Shown here piece by piece: positions 19,270 to 29,750 of a stretch of DNA of 45,273 nt. A program made the position numbers and the translations under genes. The stretch's first letter is position 1. Every line of letters begins with the position of its first letter. The notes beneath the pieces were generated by a model. It worked only from the letters and a program-made list of their open reading frames with translations, was not told where the DNA came from and made no database searches. The DNA lies in the sequence record SRR22947727_1183. One strand, written 5' to 3'.

Positions 19270-19342
19270 CCCTTCGCAACTGATCAGGGCCATCTCAAGA
19301 AACTGAATTTAAGGTCGTTAAATCGCTTCGTTTTTCATTCGT

Positions 19343-20056
19343 ATGTCCGTCGCTCTGGCTACCCAGCTCCGGGAAGGGACGAAAAAGTCACACACCATGG
19401 CCGAGAACACCGGATTCGTGAGCTGCTTCCTCAAGGGTGTGGTGGACAAGCTGAGCTATCGCAAGTTGGTGGCAGATCTCTTCTTCGTCTACGAAGCCAT
19501 GGAAGAGGAGATGCACCGACTCAAGGACCACCCCGTGTTGGCCCCGATTGCCTTTGAGCAGCTCGATCGCGTCACAGCCCTTGAGGAAGACCTCGCCTTC
19601 TATTTCGGGCCTGAGTGGCGTCAACAGATCGAAGCCTCTCCTGCGGCAACGGAGTATGTCGCTCGGATTCGTGAAGTCGCTCAGACCGCGCCTGAGTTGC
19701 TGGTAGGTCATCACTACACCCGCTACCTGGGCGACCTCTCCGGCGGCCAGATCCTCAAGAACATTGCTCAGAAGGCAATGAATAACCCCACCGATGATGG
19801 ACTGCACTTCTACGTGTTTCCTGAAATCGCGGACGAAAAAGCCTTCAAGACCACTTACCGCTCGGCGATGGATGCCTTGCCCATTGACCAATCCACTGCA
19901 GATCGCATCGTTGAAGAGGCCAATCAGGCGTTCCACCTGAACATGAAAATGTTCCAGGAGCTTGAGGGAAATCTCGTTGCTGCCATCGGCAAAGTTCTGT
20001 TTGGTTTCCTCACACGCCGTCAGCGGACTGGAAGCACTGAGGCCGTTGTGGCCTAG
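19343..20056 (+). CDS. ho1: Heme oxygenase (biliverdin-producing)
   Basis: LREGTKKSHTMAEN, HHYTRYLGDLSGGQIL, EANQAFHLNM. Confidence 0.97.
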   Translation: MSVALATQLREGTKKSHTMAENTGFVSCFLKGVVDKLSYRKLVADLFFVYEAMEEEMHRLKDHPVLAPIAFEQLDRVTALEEDLAFYFGPEWRQQIEASPAATEYVARIREVAQTAPELLVGHHYTRYLGDLSGGQILKNIAQKAMNNPTDDGLHFYVFPEIADEKAFKTTYRSAMDALPIDQSTADRIVEEANQAFHLNMKMFQELEGNLVAAIGKVLFGFLTRRQRTGSTEAVVA

Positions 20057-20092
20057 GTGTTCAGCGAGGAAGCCATTCAAGACTCCTCAAGG

Positions 20093-21148
20093 ATGTTCGC
20101 TCCGATTCGGGTTCTGGTGCCAGGTACCGGGCCCAGTTTTCGTTGTGGTGGGTTGAGCGTTGCTCTGCAGACGGCTCGTTTGTTGTCTCAGCTACGCCCC
20201 ACAGAGGTTGTGACCTATCGGGTTCGTGAGCGATCACATCCTTTTCTTGACGACCTACTTCGTCAAGAGGATGCACCCGGGGAGGCCCTGTGGCTGGTGA
20301 GCTGGGGGTTTCACGTCCCGATGTTGTTACGGCGTTTGCGTGGTCGGCGAGCGCTCTATCAGGCCCATAGCAGTGGGTATGGATTTGATTTGCCGCCCGG
20401 TATTCCCGTGGTTGCCGTCAGTCGGAACACTTTGGGGTATTGGGGTGATCGAACCCCAAGGAACCCCTTGTTTTTGCTTCCCAACGCTCTTGAGCCGCAG
20501 TGGCTCAATCGGGGTGCTCGCCAGAACGTCAGCGAAATGCGTCCTATTGATGTCTTGGTGCAGCAGCGGAAGAGCAGTGATTATGTCCTCAGGCAACTAG
20601 TACCTGCTTTGCGATCCCGAGGGATCCGCGTTGAAGTCCAGTCCGGCTGGGTCGATGATTTAGTCAATTTATTCAACAGTGCCAAGGTGTACCTCTACGA
20701 CTCAGCTGACCACTGGCGTGCCGCTGGTGTGAGTGAGGGCTTTGGGTTGCCCCCATTGGAAGCGATGGCCTGCGGATGTGTGGTGTTCAGCAGCTTGAAC
20801 CACGCCCTGGCAGACACCCTCACCCCTGGGGAGATGGGCCATCAAATCGGCTGTGGATCCCTGAATCATGACGTTGAATCCATTGTGGCGGCTGTCGCCG
20901 AACCAGAACATTGGCTCCCTGCTTCCGGCGCCTTAGAGCAGCTTCTAGCGGGCTACTCAGAGGCTGCCCTCCTCCAACGATGGCAGCGATTACTTGCACA
21001 ACTGGATGTCTTGCTGCCAGCCCTGCAAGGAGAGTCCATGATGCTGCAGGTGCACCCCCTCTGGCGATTACGCCTTAAACGCTTTTATCGCCGCTTGCAA
21101 CGGATGGTCAATCGGTTGGCTGACTGGCCTGTGAGGCTTAAACCTTAA
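20093..21148 (+). CDS. Glycosyltransferase, GT4/GT-B type
   Basis: CGG near N-terminus; EGFGLPPLEAMACG; start at ATG 20093. Confidence 0.9.
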   Translation: MFAPIRVLVPGTGPSFRCGGLSVALQTARLLSQLRPTEVVTYRVRERSHPFLDDLLRQEDAPGEALWLVSWGFHVPMLLRRLRGRRALYQAHSSGYGFDLPPGIPVVAVSRNTLGYWGDRTPRNPLFLLPNALEPQWLNRGARQNVSEMRPIDVLVQQRKSSDYVLRQLVPALRSRGIRVEVQSGWVDDLVNLFNSAKVYLYDSADHWRAAGVSEGFGLPPLEAMACGCVVFSSLNHALADTLTPGEMGHQIGCGSLNHDVESIVAAVAEPEHWLPASGALEQLLAGYSEAALLQRWQRLLAQLDVLLPALQGESMMLQVHPLWRLRLKRFYRRLQRMVNRLADWPVRLKP

Positions 21149-21228
21149 CGGTGCAACAGGTTTAAAGTTAATGGGATATTTGAATCCGCCCTGTAATTTG
21201 CAGGTGGATTTTTGACCACCTTCACCTC

Positions 21229-23040
21229 TTGCAAAGTCAGACCTGGAGCAACCTAAGCCAGCTGCTGCGTGAGTTACCAAGACAGCGTGTTCGCCTGCTT
21301 GTTTTTGTTCTAATCGCGTCCCTTTTCCAGGGATTGCTTGACATTCTTTTAGTCGCATTGTTGGGACGCCTGGTAGGCCTTCTGGCAGGAGCACGACTTG
21401 AGGACTATCTCCCAGGCATCAAAGTCTTTGGAGGGGGCTTCCTCGATCAGTCCGGATGGATTGTGGCGCTACTCATAGGCTCTTTTTGGCTGGCGTCAGG
21501 CGTTCGCTTTGGCGTAGCGCTAATGCAAAGCCTCCTGAGTGCAGAAGTATGGAACGATTTAGTCAACAAAGTTTATGGCAACTTGATGCGTCAAAGGTAT
21601 GACTTTTTCATCCGACAGCGCACCTCAAATTTATCCGAAAAATTCAACCGCATCCTCAACAGTGTTTCCACTGGAGTAATCAGCCCAATCATCATGATTG
21701 CTGGCAACATTGTTTCAATTACCTCATTACTCATTGGCGTTGTTTTAGTCCTTGGAACGCAGGCATTGCTTGTGTTTTCCCTAATGCTTGCCGCTTATAT
21801 TTTGGCATCTAAAATCATTACTCCTTATTTGCGTTTAGCGATAAAACAGCGAATTCGTTATGGCCGGAGAATCAATTTGCTTCTGATGGAATCCTTACGT
21901 TCCATGCGAGAAGTGCAGATCTATTCTGCCGAAAACTATTTTGTTTCTAGATTTGCCCGAGATGGTGTGATCGCCAAGCGTTATGACCGAATTGGACGCT
22001 TACTTCCGGATGTCCCTCGGCTCGTGATCGAGCCTGCAGGCATCACGATCCTTTTTGCTGTTGGCATCGTTCCAGCAATGTTGAGTGGAGATCCACAAGG
22101 GATTAAAAATTCAATCCCTGCACTCTCCGCTGTATTGGTTGCGTTATTGCGCATTTCAGGACCCTTACAGTCCATGTTCCGCAGCATCAATCGTTTGCGT
22201 GGTGGTTTGCCCGAGATTGCTGATGCGCTCGAGCTCCTCAGCCTCAAGCCCGAGCGCTGTTTGATCAATTCTCCTGGAGTCCCAAGTCCTGACGGAGTGA
22301 TGCCCCGTCGTGAGATTCGGCTTAAAGACGTTTGTTTTGCTTATTCAAAAGACTCCAAATCAGTGATCAACGGGGTCAACCTTTCGATTCCAATTGGCGC
22401 TCGTATTGCATTAGTCGGCCGCACCGGTAGCGGTAAGACCACTCTCGCCCATCTACTGCTCGGCTTATTTCAACCCTCGTCGGGTTCCCTCTTGCTTGAT
22501 GGTATTGAAGTAACTGATCCAGAGATCCCTGCCTGGCAAGCCAATTGTGCTTTTGTTCCTCAAACAATTCGCCTCATGGATGGCAGCATCCGCGACAACG
22601 TTGCCTTTGGCTGCGACTCAGAAGCCATCGATGATGACTTGGTTTGGAGTGCTTTGGAAGCAGCCCAATTCGATGAGCACGTCGCTGGGATGACCTATGG
22701 CCTCTACACAATGATTGGAGAGAATGGAATCAAACTTTCTGGCGGCCAAAGGCAGCGCTTGTCACTGGCAAGGGCATTTTTTAGAGGCGCCAAAGTTCTT
22801 GTTTTGGACGAAGCCACCAGCGCCCTCGACAACAAAACAGAGCACGATGTGATGCAAGCCCTAGACATTGTTGGACGCCGTTGCACCACGATCGTGATTG
22901 CCCATCGGCTGTCCACCGTCAAGAAATGCGATCTCATCCACGAGATGTCTGCTGGAAAAATCATCGCCAGCGGCGATTTCCAGCAGTTGCAGGACTGTTC
23001 CCCATCCTTTCGGGAGATGGCTCTGATCGAGGGGGACTGA
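21229..23040 (+). CDS. ABC transporter, fused permease/ATPase (MsbA/PglK/HepA-like glycan exporter)
   Basis: N-terminal TM domain; GRTGSGKT, LSGGQRQR, VLDEATSALD, IAHRLST. Confidence 0.93.
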   Translation: MQSQTWSNLSQLLRELPRQRVRLLVFVLIASLFQGLLDILLVALLGRLVGLLAGARLEDYLPGIKVFGGGFLDQSGWIVALLIGSFWLASGVRFGVALMQSLLSAEVWNDLVNKVYGNLMRQRYDFFIRQRTSNLSEKFNRILNSVSTGVISPIIMIAGNIVSITSLLIGVVLVLGTQALLVFSLMLAAYILASKIITPYLRLAIKQRIRYGRRINLLLMESLRSMREVQIYSAENYFVSRFARDGVIAKRYDRIGRLLPDVPRLVIEPAGITILFAVGIVPAMLSGDPQGIKNSIPALSAVLVALLRISGPLQSMFRSINRLRGGLPEIADALELLSLKPERCLINSPGVPSPDGVMPRREIRLKDVCFAYSKDSKSVINGVNLSIPIGARIALVGRTGSGKTTLAHLLLGLFQPSSGSLLLDGIEVTDPEIPAWQANCAFVPQTIRLMDGSIRDNVAFGCDSEAIDDDLVWSALEAAQFDEHVAGMTYGLYTMIGENGIKLSGGQRQRLSLARAFFRGAKVLVLDEATSALDNKTEHDVMQALDIVGRRCTTIVIAHRLSTVKKCDLIHEMSAGKIIASGDFQQLQDCSPSFREMALIEGD

Positions 23041-23047
23041 GGAATCG

Positions 23048-25309
23048 ATGGCGGATTTTGTTGTTCTTGCAACAGCGGATTGGGATCACCCCCTTTGGAC
23101 CAACAAACAACACACAGCGATCACACTGGCCGAAGCAGGGCACAGAGTGCTCTATGTGGAATCACTGGGCATAAGGCCTCCTCGGGTTGGAGCGGCAGAT
23201 CGTTTACGCATTGCGCGACGCCTGCGCCGCATGCTGCAATTTCCTCGCCAACGTCGTCAGCAGCTTTGGGTCTGGTCTCCTCCAGTCCTCCCAGGGGGGC
23301 ACGATGGCGCCGGTCTTGTCTTCAACCGATTCCTCCTAGGCGCCGGCCTTGAGTTGGCCTGCCGCTGGCTGGGGTTTAACAACGTCATTCTTTGGACCTA
23401 CAACCCACTCACCACGCTCTATTTGGATCCAGAAGCATTCGCAGGCAGCGTCTATCACTGCGTGGATCGCATTCAAGATCAACCCGGCATGCCGGTGGAG
23501 CGCATTGAACTGAATGAAAAAGCACTTGTGCAAGCAGTGGATGTGGTGTTCACCACCTCTCCGCAATTACAGACCACACACTTGCCGTGGAATCAGCACA
23601 CGTTGTTGTTTGGCAATGTGGCTGACCATGTCCACTTCAGCCTTGCCCGGCTTGGAGACGACCAAGGCCCCCTCACGTGCCCTTCACCTCTGGTGCCTTT
23701 TCAAAGGCCCCGTCTGCTGTTCATGGGAGCGATCGATGCTTACAAGCTCGACCTAACGCTTTTGCATCAGCTGGCTGTACGTAACCCAGGCTGGAGCTTG
23801 GTGCTGATTGGGCCAGTGGGCGAATGCGATCCCAGCACCGACATCAGTGATTTGGAAGCTTGTCCAAACGTCCAATTCATCGGCCCTATCAACTACGACG
23901 CACTGCCTTCCTGGTTGGCCCACGCCGACCTTGGCTTGTTGCCGTTGCAAGTCAACGGTTATACGCGCCATATGTTTCCGATGAAATTTTTCGAATATCT
24001 GTCTTCTGGTCTGCCAGTAGTCGCGACGGCCATTCCAGCTCTCGAAGCCCATGCCGATGTGGCCTGGCTTTGTCCGCCGAAGGTGGAAGCTTTTGAAGAG
24101 GCCATTCAAAACGTACTGATCGGTCAAGGCCCCTCGCTAGAGCAACGTCTGGAACGGGCATCAAGTCAGACCTATGAGGGGAGAACAGCTGCGATGCTCA
24201 CCTACCTCGAACGGGTGGGATTAACGGCCGAATCGGAGCGCAATCAAGCCAGCATCTCAATGGTGCGCTCCAACCTGTGGCAACGAGCCTTGTGGTGCTG
24301 TTGGGGGTTTAGTTATCAGGGTGTTGTCCAAATAAGCCATGGCCTGATGCGCCGTGGCCATCCCCATGCGGCTGTTTTGCTGTTAAAGCGGGTCATCGGA
24401 AGTCGTAGGCGTCATCGCATCCTGCTGAGCGGTCTGGTGTTACCGCTTGTTCGCTGTGGGGATTACAGAGAAGCCCGATTGGTGATGGAACAGCTTTGGC
24501 AAGGGTATGGCCACGTAGGAGAGCTGAATCAACTGCTCTTTCGGCGCGGCAATCGCCCCTCGGAAAGAAGCGAACAGGTCTTGCTCTTTGAGGAACTGAT
24601 CACGAGCAGTGTGCTCCCTCTCTATGTCCTGAATTACTGCCAGGTGGTCTTGGCCCACCGCTGTGTGGATGTCAAAGATGAGCAGAGAATGCATCAATCG
24701 GTGTTTGCGATCCAGGCGATGGCCACCAGCCTCGAGGGCGACCCCGGCACCAGGGTTTGCCTGCGTTCCAACCGACGCAACCGGAGCAAACTCCTGGTGT
24801 CTTGTTATGCCACGTTGTTGCGGCTGCAATTGGGCCTGCAGCAGTTCGCTGGCCTTAAGGACGTGGGTCTAAATAGTTTGCTGTTCGCCGAACAGCTCCA
24901 TTTAGAAGCGATTGATTGCGATACCTCCTACCGACTCACCCGCAACATGCTGAGAGTTCTGATCATTAACGTGCTTGAAGCCTGGAAGCACGATGATGCT
25001 GAGTTGATGCAGAGGGCTCGCGTTGCGATCGAGCGAGTGCATATCCATTGCCACCGCCCATGCTTCGACCAGCAATCGGCCCAGGAAAATCACCGAGGGT
25101 TTGCCGATGCCGTGATGAAGCGGGTAGCTGCGCTGCAACAGAATGAAGATGCTGTCGTCGTTCAAGAAGCACTGCCCAGCTTGATGCTGCTGATGCTCAA
25201 GAGTGAACGGGAGTTAGTGAACGAAACGATTCGAAGGGAACGGCTGCAGCACGTGCTTCCACTTTTTGGTCCCTATTTGCTAGGCAGGCAGTCACTGCAA
25301 TCCTTATGA
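23048..25309 (+). CDS. TuaH-like GT-B glycosyltransferase fused to an unknown C-terminal helical domain
   Basis: WTNKQH, YHCVD, FPMKFFEYLSSGLPVV within first ~385 aa; remaining ~360 aa unrecognised. Confidence 0.85.
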   Translation: MADFVVLATADWDHPLWTNKQHTAITLAEAGHRVLYVESLGIRPPRVGAADRLRIARRLRRMLQFPRQRRQQLWVWSPPVLPGGHDGAGLVFNRFLLGAGLELACRWLGFNNVILWTYNPLTTLYLDPEAFAGSVYHCVDRIQDQPGMPVERIELNEKALVQAVDVVFTTSPQLQTTHLPWNQHTLLFGNVADHVHFSLARLGDDQGPLTCPSPLVPFQRPRLLFMGAIDAYKLDLTLLHQLAVRNPGWSLVLIGPVGECDPSTDISDLEACPNVQFIGPINYDALPSWLAHADLGLLPLQVNGYTRHMFPMKFFEYLSSGLPVVATAIPALEAHADVAWLCPPKVEAFEEAIQNVLIGQGPSLEQRLERASSQTYEGRTAAMLTYLERVGLTAESERNQASISMVRSNLWQRALWCCWGFSYQGVVQISHGLMRRGHPHAAVLLLKRVIGSRRRHRILLSGLVLPLVRCGDYREARLVMEQLWQGYGHVGELNQLLFRRGNRPSERSEQVLLFEELITSSVLPLYVLNYCQVVLAHRCVDVKDEQRMHQSVFAIQAMATSLEGDPGTRVCLRSNRRNRSKLLVSCYATLLRLQLGLQQFAGLKDVGLNSLLFAEQLHLEAIDCDTSYRLTRNMLRVLIINVLEAWKHDDAELMQRARVAIERVHIHCHRPCFDQQSAQENHRGFADAVMKRVAALQQNEDAVVVQEALPSLMLLMLKSERELVNETIRRERLQHVLPLFGPYLLGRQSLQSL

Positions 25310-26484
25310 CTCCCTCCCGCCGGGTGGTGCTCTATATCGACAGCCTCAAGTTGGGAGGAGCGGAACGGGTAATCCTCACTTGGGCCGAGTGGTTGCATCA
25401 GGCTGGTTGGCAGCCTGTGGTCTTGACCCGAAAGCCCATCAGTTGGGATTTCTACCCCCTACCTCCAGGGGTACGCCGAGGCGTGGAGCCCTCTGATCTC
25501 GCTTGGATGCGGCGGCTGGGGCCACTGGCCTTTCCCTTTCGGGTGCTGAGGCTGAAACGCTGGTTGCAGTCCGAGGGCATCAGCCTGGCGATTGGAGTGA
25601 CCTCCTTGCCCGCAATCAAAATCCTGTTTGCAACGCGTTTGTTGGGGGTGCCTTGCGTGGTGTCGGAACGCAACTATCCCCCTCTCAAGCCCATTGGTCT
25701 GATTTGGAGTGGCCTTAGGCAGATCAGTTATCCATGGGCTGCACTCCATCTGGTGCAGACCCGCTCGGTAGGGGAATGGATGGCGACCCATCTCGGAGCC
25801 CATCGCCAACAACTTTTGCCCAATCCTGTGCAGTGGCCGCTTCAGACCTTTCATCCCAACCTCGATCCCGAAACATGGCTCACGGAAGCAGGGGTCAACA
25901 GGTCTGATCCAGTCCTGCTGGCGGTAGGTACTAAGGCTTATCAGAAAGGGTTTGATCGGTTGGTGCGCTGGTGGATCACCCTGGCACAGATGAATCCGAA
26001 GCTGCAGCTGGTGATCATTGGTCTTGATGGGCAGCCCTATCAAGGACGTAACCAGCAGGCTGACTTGCAGGCCCTGGTTGGGTCTCATCCCGAGCTCCTT
26101 GAACGCCTCCATTTCCCTGGTCGTGTTGGCAATGTGGCCGCCTGGTACGTCAGGGCTCAGCTGTTTGTCCTTTCTTCTCGGTATGAGGGCTTCCCCAACG
26201 TTTTGCTGGAAGCAATGGCGGCTGGATGCTGCTGCGTAGCGACAGATTGTCCACAGGGGCCTGCTGATCTCATCACCGATGCGATGAACGGCAGGTTGAT
26301 GCCTGCTCATACTTCCGATCAAGAATGGGTGGAGCGATTGCGGGGTTTGCTCATGGATGAGGGGCAACGCCAACGCCTCGGGGGAAAAGCGATGGCCGTG
26401 CGGGACAGCTACTCCCCGCTGGTGTTGCAGCGCACCTTGATGCAAGCTCTTGAGCAAGTCCTGCAGGAGGCTTCGCAGGATTGA
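25306..26484 (+). CDS. Glycosyltransferase family 4
   Basis: GGAERV, VVSERN, KGFD, SRYEGFPNVLLEAMAAG. Confidence 0.93.
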   Translation: MTPSRRVVLYIDSLKLGGAERVILTWAEWLHQAGWQPVVLTRKPISWDFYPLPPGVRRGVEPSDLAWMRRLGPLAFPFRVLRLKRWLQSEGISLAIGVTSLPAIKILFATRLLGVPCVVSERNYPPLKPIGLIWSGLRQISYPWAALHLVQTRSVGEWMATHLGAHRQQLLPNPVQWPLQTFHPNLDPETWLTEAGVNRSDPVLLAVGTKAYQKGFDRLVRWWITLAQMNPKLQLVIIGLDGQPYQGRNQQADLQALVGSHPELLERLHFPGRVGNVAAWYVRAQLFVLSSRYEGFPNVLLEAMAAGCCCVATDCPQGPADLITDAMNGRLMPAHTSDQEWVERLRGLLMDEGQRQRLGGKAMAVRDSYSPLVLQRTLMQALEQVLQEASQD

Positions 26485-26485
26485 G

Positions 26486-27757
26486 ATGACAAAGACCGGC
26501 GCTTCCGATGACCTCTGGCTGGTGCTGCCGCACCTGGGACCAGGAGGTGCCCAAAAGGTGGCTCTCCTAGCAGCGAGTTATTTCATGGCGAAGGGTTGGC
26601 GCGTGCGCTTGGTGACGATGCTGCCTGGCCCGGCACAAGCACATGCCATCCCTGAGGGACTGTTGGTCACTGACCTGGGGCCCGCCGTAGATGCCCTTTG
26701 GAAGCGGGACCACTGGAATCGCTCCCTTGTAGCGAGGGGACGTCGCTTCCTTGCCCCAAAGCGTCGTCTGCATCGCTTAGCAGCACGCGTATTAATGGGG
26801 CCCTTGCTGGGTCTCTTCGAACCCGTGCAACCAGGCCAAAGGGACTGGCGCTCTCAATTGCTGCGTTGGTGTGTGGTTGGAATCGATGGCCCACCTTCCT
26901 GGCAGTTGGAAACGTTGCTGCAGCAAGGGTCACCCAGGCGAGTGGTGTCGTTTCTGAGTCGCACCAACATGCGTATTTGCAGTGCGCTTTGGTGGGATGA
27001 CTGCCACTTGGTGGTGTCGGAACGCAATGATGTTCGCCGTCAGGGCCTTCCTTTCCCTTGGCCGAGCTTTCGCCGCCTGCTTTACCGCCGCGCCGATGTG
27101 CTCACCGCCAACTCCGAAGGCGTGATGGAAAGCCTTTTACCACTATTCCAAGCGCGCCAACTCGCCCTTTTGCCTAATCCTTTGCCGATGCCAGACGTGG
27201 GCCTCGTCTCTGGTCATAAAAATGACCTCACGGGATTTGTGACCGTGGCGCGGCTGGTGCCCCAAAAGGGGATTGATGTCCTGATCAGCGCGCTCGCGCA
27301 ACTTTCAGGTGATGCAACGGCCTGGCCCCTTGCGCTTGTGGGGAATGGTCCGGAGCGACAGCAACTTGAACAGCAAACGGTTCAAGCCGGTCTGCAAGAG
27401 CGGGTGACATTTTTTGGCCATCGCCCTGATCCCCAAACTTTTCTCTTCAAGGCGGGGGTTTTCGTGCTCCCCTCACGCTTCGAAGGCATGCCAAACGCCT
27501 TGCTTGAGGCGATGGCTGCTGGTTTGGCCGTGGTCGTTACCGACGCTTCGCCTGGCCCATTAGAGGTTGTCAAGGATGGCGTCAATGGTTTGGTGGTGCC
27601 GAGTGAAGACCCCAAGGCTTTAGCCAAAGCGATGGAGCGGCTGGCAACAGACCCTGTCCTTCGGGCGCAGCTTGGTTCCAATGCGCGGGAGACATTGCAC
27701 CAGATGGACTGGCCTGTGGTGGGGCCGATCTGGGAAGCATTGCTGGAGGCGCCATGA
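26486..27757 (+). CDS. Glycosyltransferase family 4
   Basis: GGAQKV, VVSERN, ARLVPQKG, SRFEGMPNALLEAMAAG; start ATG 26486. Confidence 0.93.
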   Translation: MTKTGASDDLWLVLPHLGPGGAQKVALLAASYFMAKGWRVRLVTMLPGPAQAHAIPEGLLVTDLGPAVDALWKRDHWNRSLVARGRRFLAPKRRLHRLAARVLMGPLLGLFEPVQPGQRDWRSQLLRWCVVGIDGPPSWQLETLLQQGSPRRVVSFLSRTNMRICSALWWDDCHLVVSERNDVRRQGLPFPWPSFRRLLYRRADVLTANSEGVMESLLPLFQARQLALLPNPLPMPDVGLVSGHKNDLTGFVTVARLVPQKGIDVLISALAQLSGDATAWPLALVGNGPERQQLEQQTVQAGLQERVTFFGHRPDPQTFLFKAGVFVLPSRFEGMPNALLEAMAAGLAVVVTDASPGPLEVVKDGVNGLVVPSEDPKALAKAMERLATDPVLRAQLGSNARETLHQMDWPVVGPIWEALLEAP

Positions 27758-28890
27758 CCCTTCACCGCCTGTTGGTTTTCGCACCGACGCGGCGTGCGGC
27801 ATCGGAAACTTTTGTGAGGGCCAATTTGGAAGGCCTTCCTTTTGCCGTAAAGGCCTATTTCGGTGATGAGAGGCCTTGGGGCCAACCTGATCGTTTGGCC
27901 TATGGCCTGTCGGTATTGCTGAGCAAGGTCTGCACCCGGCTTGGGCTACTGCGATTAGCCGGTTGGCCAGCAGCTGTGGTGGCGCGGATGTTGATTGCCC
28001 GTCACCGACCGGATGTAGTCCTGGCGGAATTTGGCTTCCATGCCGTTCGGGTGATGGAAGCGACCCATTCCTTAGGAGTGCCTCTGGTTGTGCATTTTCG
28101 CGGGTCGGATCTCTCGGCTGCAGGCAAGCTCGGCGTACTGCAAGACCGATACCGCAGGCTGATCACGATTGCGGCTGGCCTGATCTGCAAGTCGAGGCCT
28201 ATGGCCAGGACCCTCCAAGAGCTGGGAGCCTCTCCGGAACGCATCCTGATCAGTGCGTCTGGCGCCAATGCCCAGCTGTTTCATGGTGGAGATCCAGGAG
28301 GGGCAGCGCCGGTGTGCCTTGCTGTGGGCCGGCTCGTGGCCAAAAAAGGGCCCTTGCACACGATTCGCGCCTTCGCCCTTCAGCCCCATGGCACGCTTTG
28401 GATGGTGGGAGAGGGTCCGCTATTGAACGAGGCCAAAGCCTTGGTGGATCGGTTGGAATTGGCTGATCGGGTTCGATTCCTAGGCATCCGTAGCCAGAGC
28501 GACGTAGCCGCTTTAATGCGCGGAGTGCGGTTGTTTGTACAGCACTCCTTAGTGGCAGCTGATGGTGACAGCGAAGGAAATCCCGTCGCTGTCATGGAAG
28601 CCCAACTGAGTGGTCTGCCGGTCGTCGCGACCCGCCATGCAGGCATTCCCGAAGTGGTGCTGGATGGTGAGACTGGCCTGCTCGTCGATGAAGGTGATGT
28701 GGAGGGAATGGGCGCGGCGATCGCACGCTTGCTTCAGGATCCTGAGCAATGCACGGAGCTCGGATCTGCTGGTCGTAAACGCGTGGCCGCAGCCTTCACC
28801 CTTCAGCACCATCTAGAGGATTTAAGCCAGTTCTTAGAGCAAGTCCACGCCTCTTCAATCTCGTCTGCGATCTCGACGAAGCAACCATGA
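27754..28890 (+). CDS. Glycosyltransferase family 4 (WcaL-like)
   Basis: SETFV, HFRGSD, GRLVAKKG, DGDSEGNPVAVMEAQLSGLPVVATRHAGIPE. Confidence 0.92.
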   Translation: MTLHRLLVFAPTRRAASETFVRANLEGLPFAVKAYFGDERPWGQPDRLAYGLSVLLSKVCTRLGLLRLAGWPAAVVARMLIARHRPDVVLAEFGFHAVRVMEATHSLGVPLVVHFRGSDLSAAGKLGVLQDRYRRLITIAAGLICKSRPMARTLQELGASPERILISASGANAQLFHGGDPGGAAPVCLAVGRLVAKKGPLHTIRAFALQPHGTLWMVGEGPLLNEAKALVDRLELADRVRFLGIRSQSDVAALMRGVRLFVQHSLVAADGDSEGNPVAVMEAQLSGLPVVATRHAGIPEVVLDGETGLLVDEGDVEGMGAAIARLLQDPEQCTELGSAGRKRVAAAFTLQHHLEDLSQFLEQVHASSISSAISTKQP

Positions 28891-29750
28891 GCAAGAAGAA
28901 ACAACGGTTATTGCTGATTCGTGGGTTAGGCCACAGCGGAACCACCATCCTTGATTTAGCGCTTGGAGCCCATCCCCAGATCACTGGGTTGGGGGAAGCC
29001 GTTCGGTTACTAGAGAAACCTGCCCTTAAGGACAGTCACCGTGGCCCCGCCCAGCTCCGAGGGACGCTGCGCCATCAACGCCAGTGCACATGCGGGGAAG
29101 TGGCGGCGAAGTGTCCGGTTTGGGGGCCTGTACTGGCTTGGCTGCCCTCCCATGACAACCAGCCATTAGCCGTAAAACTGAAGAAGCTGATGGAGGGCAT
29201 CGCGCCTGACGCATCTGCTTCTGGTAGTGCGTCTTGGGTGGTGGAGTCCTATCAGGATGATTTCAAGCTTCCCTTCCTCGAGGATCCTTCCCTTGAGATT
29301 CGGGTGATACATCTCACCCGTGATGTACGTAGCTGGGTGCACTCCCGCTCACGGGATGGCCGCAAACGCAGCCATTGGCTGCCCGGTTTCATTCCTTTGC
29401 TGCGCTGGTGGCGGATGAGTGCACGCCACGAAATGCAATTGAACCGCTGCGGCAAGCCTGTGTTTCGGCTGGGGTATGAGGAACTTGCCCTACGACCGGA
29501 GCAGACTTTGCGCCGCCTTTGTGATTGGTTAAATCTTGAGTTCGCGGAGGCGATGCTGGCTCCCGTAGCCCAATCAAGTAGTCACATTCTCGCGGGTAAT
29601 CGCGTGCGCTTCGATGCCGAAAGAGGCTCGACCATTCATTACGACGCTGAGTGGATGGCGATGGGAGCAAGTGTTGCCCAGTTGGCTTTGGCTTGGCAGC
29701 CGCTTGCAGCACTCAATCGCCGCTTGGTTTACTCCGCCAAACGGCGATAA
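28887..29750 (+). CDS. Sulfotransferase family protein
   Basis: GHSGTTILD PAPS loop, CTCG..CPVW insert, HLTRDVR, YEEL. Confidence 0.85.
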   Translation: MSKKKQRLLLIRGLGHSGTTILDLALGAHPQITGLGEAVRLLEKPALKDSHRGPAQLRGTLRHQRQCTCGEVAAKCPVWGPVLAWLPSHDNQPLAVKLKKLMEGIAPDASASGSASWVVESYQDDFKLPFLEDPSLEIRVIHLTRDVRSWVHSRSRDGRKRSHWLPGFIPLLRWWRMSARHEMQLNRCGKPVFRLGYEELALRPEQTLRRLCDWLNLEFAEAMLAPVAQSSSHILAGNRVRFDAERGSTIHYDAEWMAMGASVAQLALAWQPLAALNRRLVYSAKRR

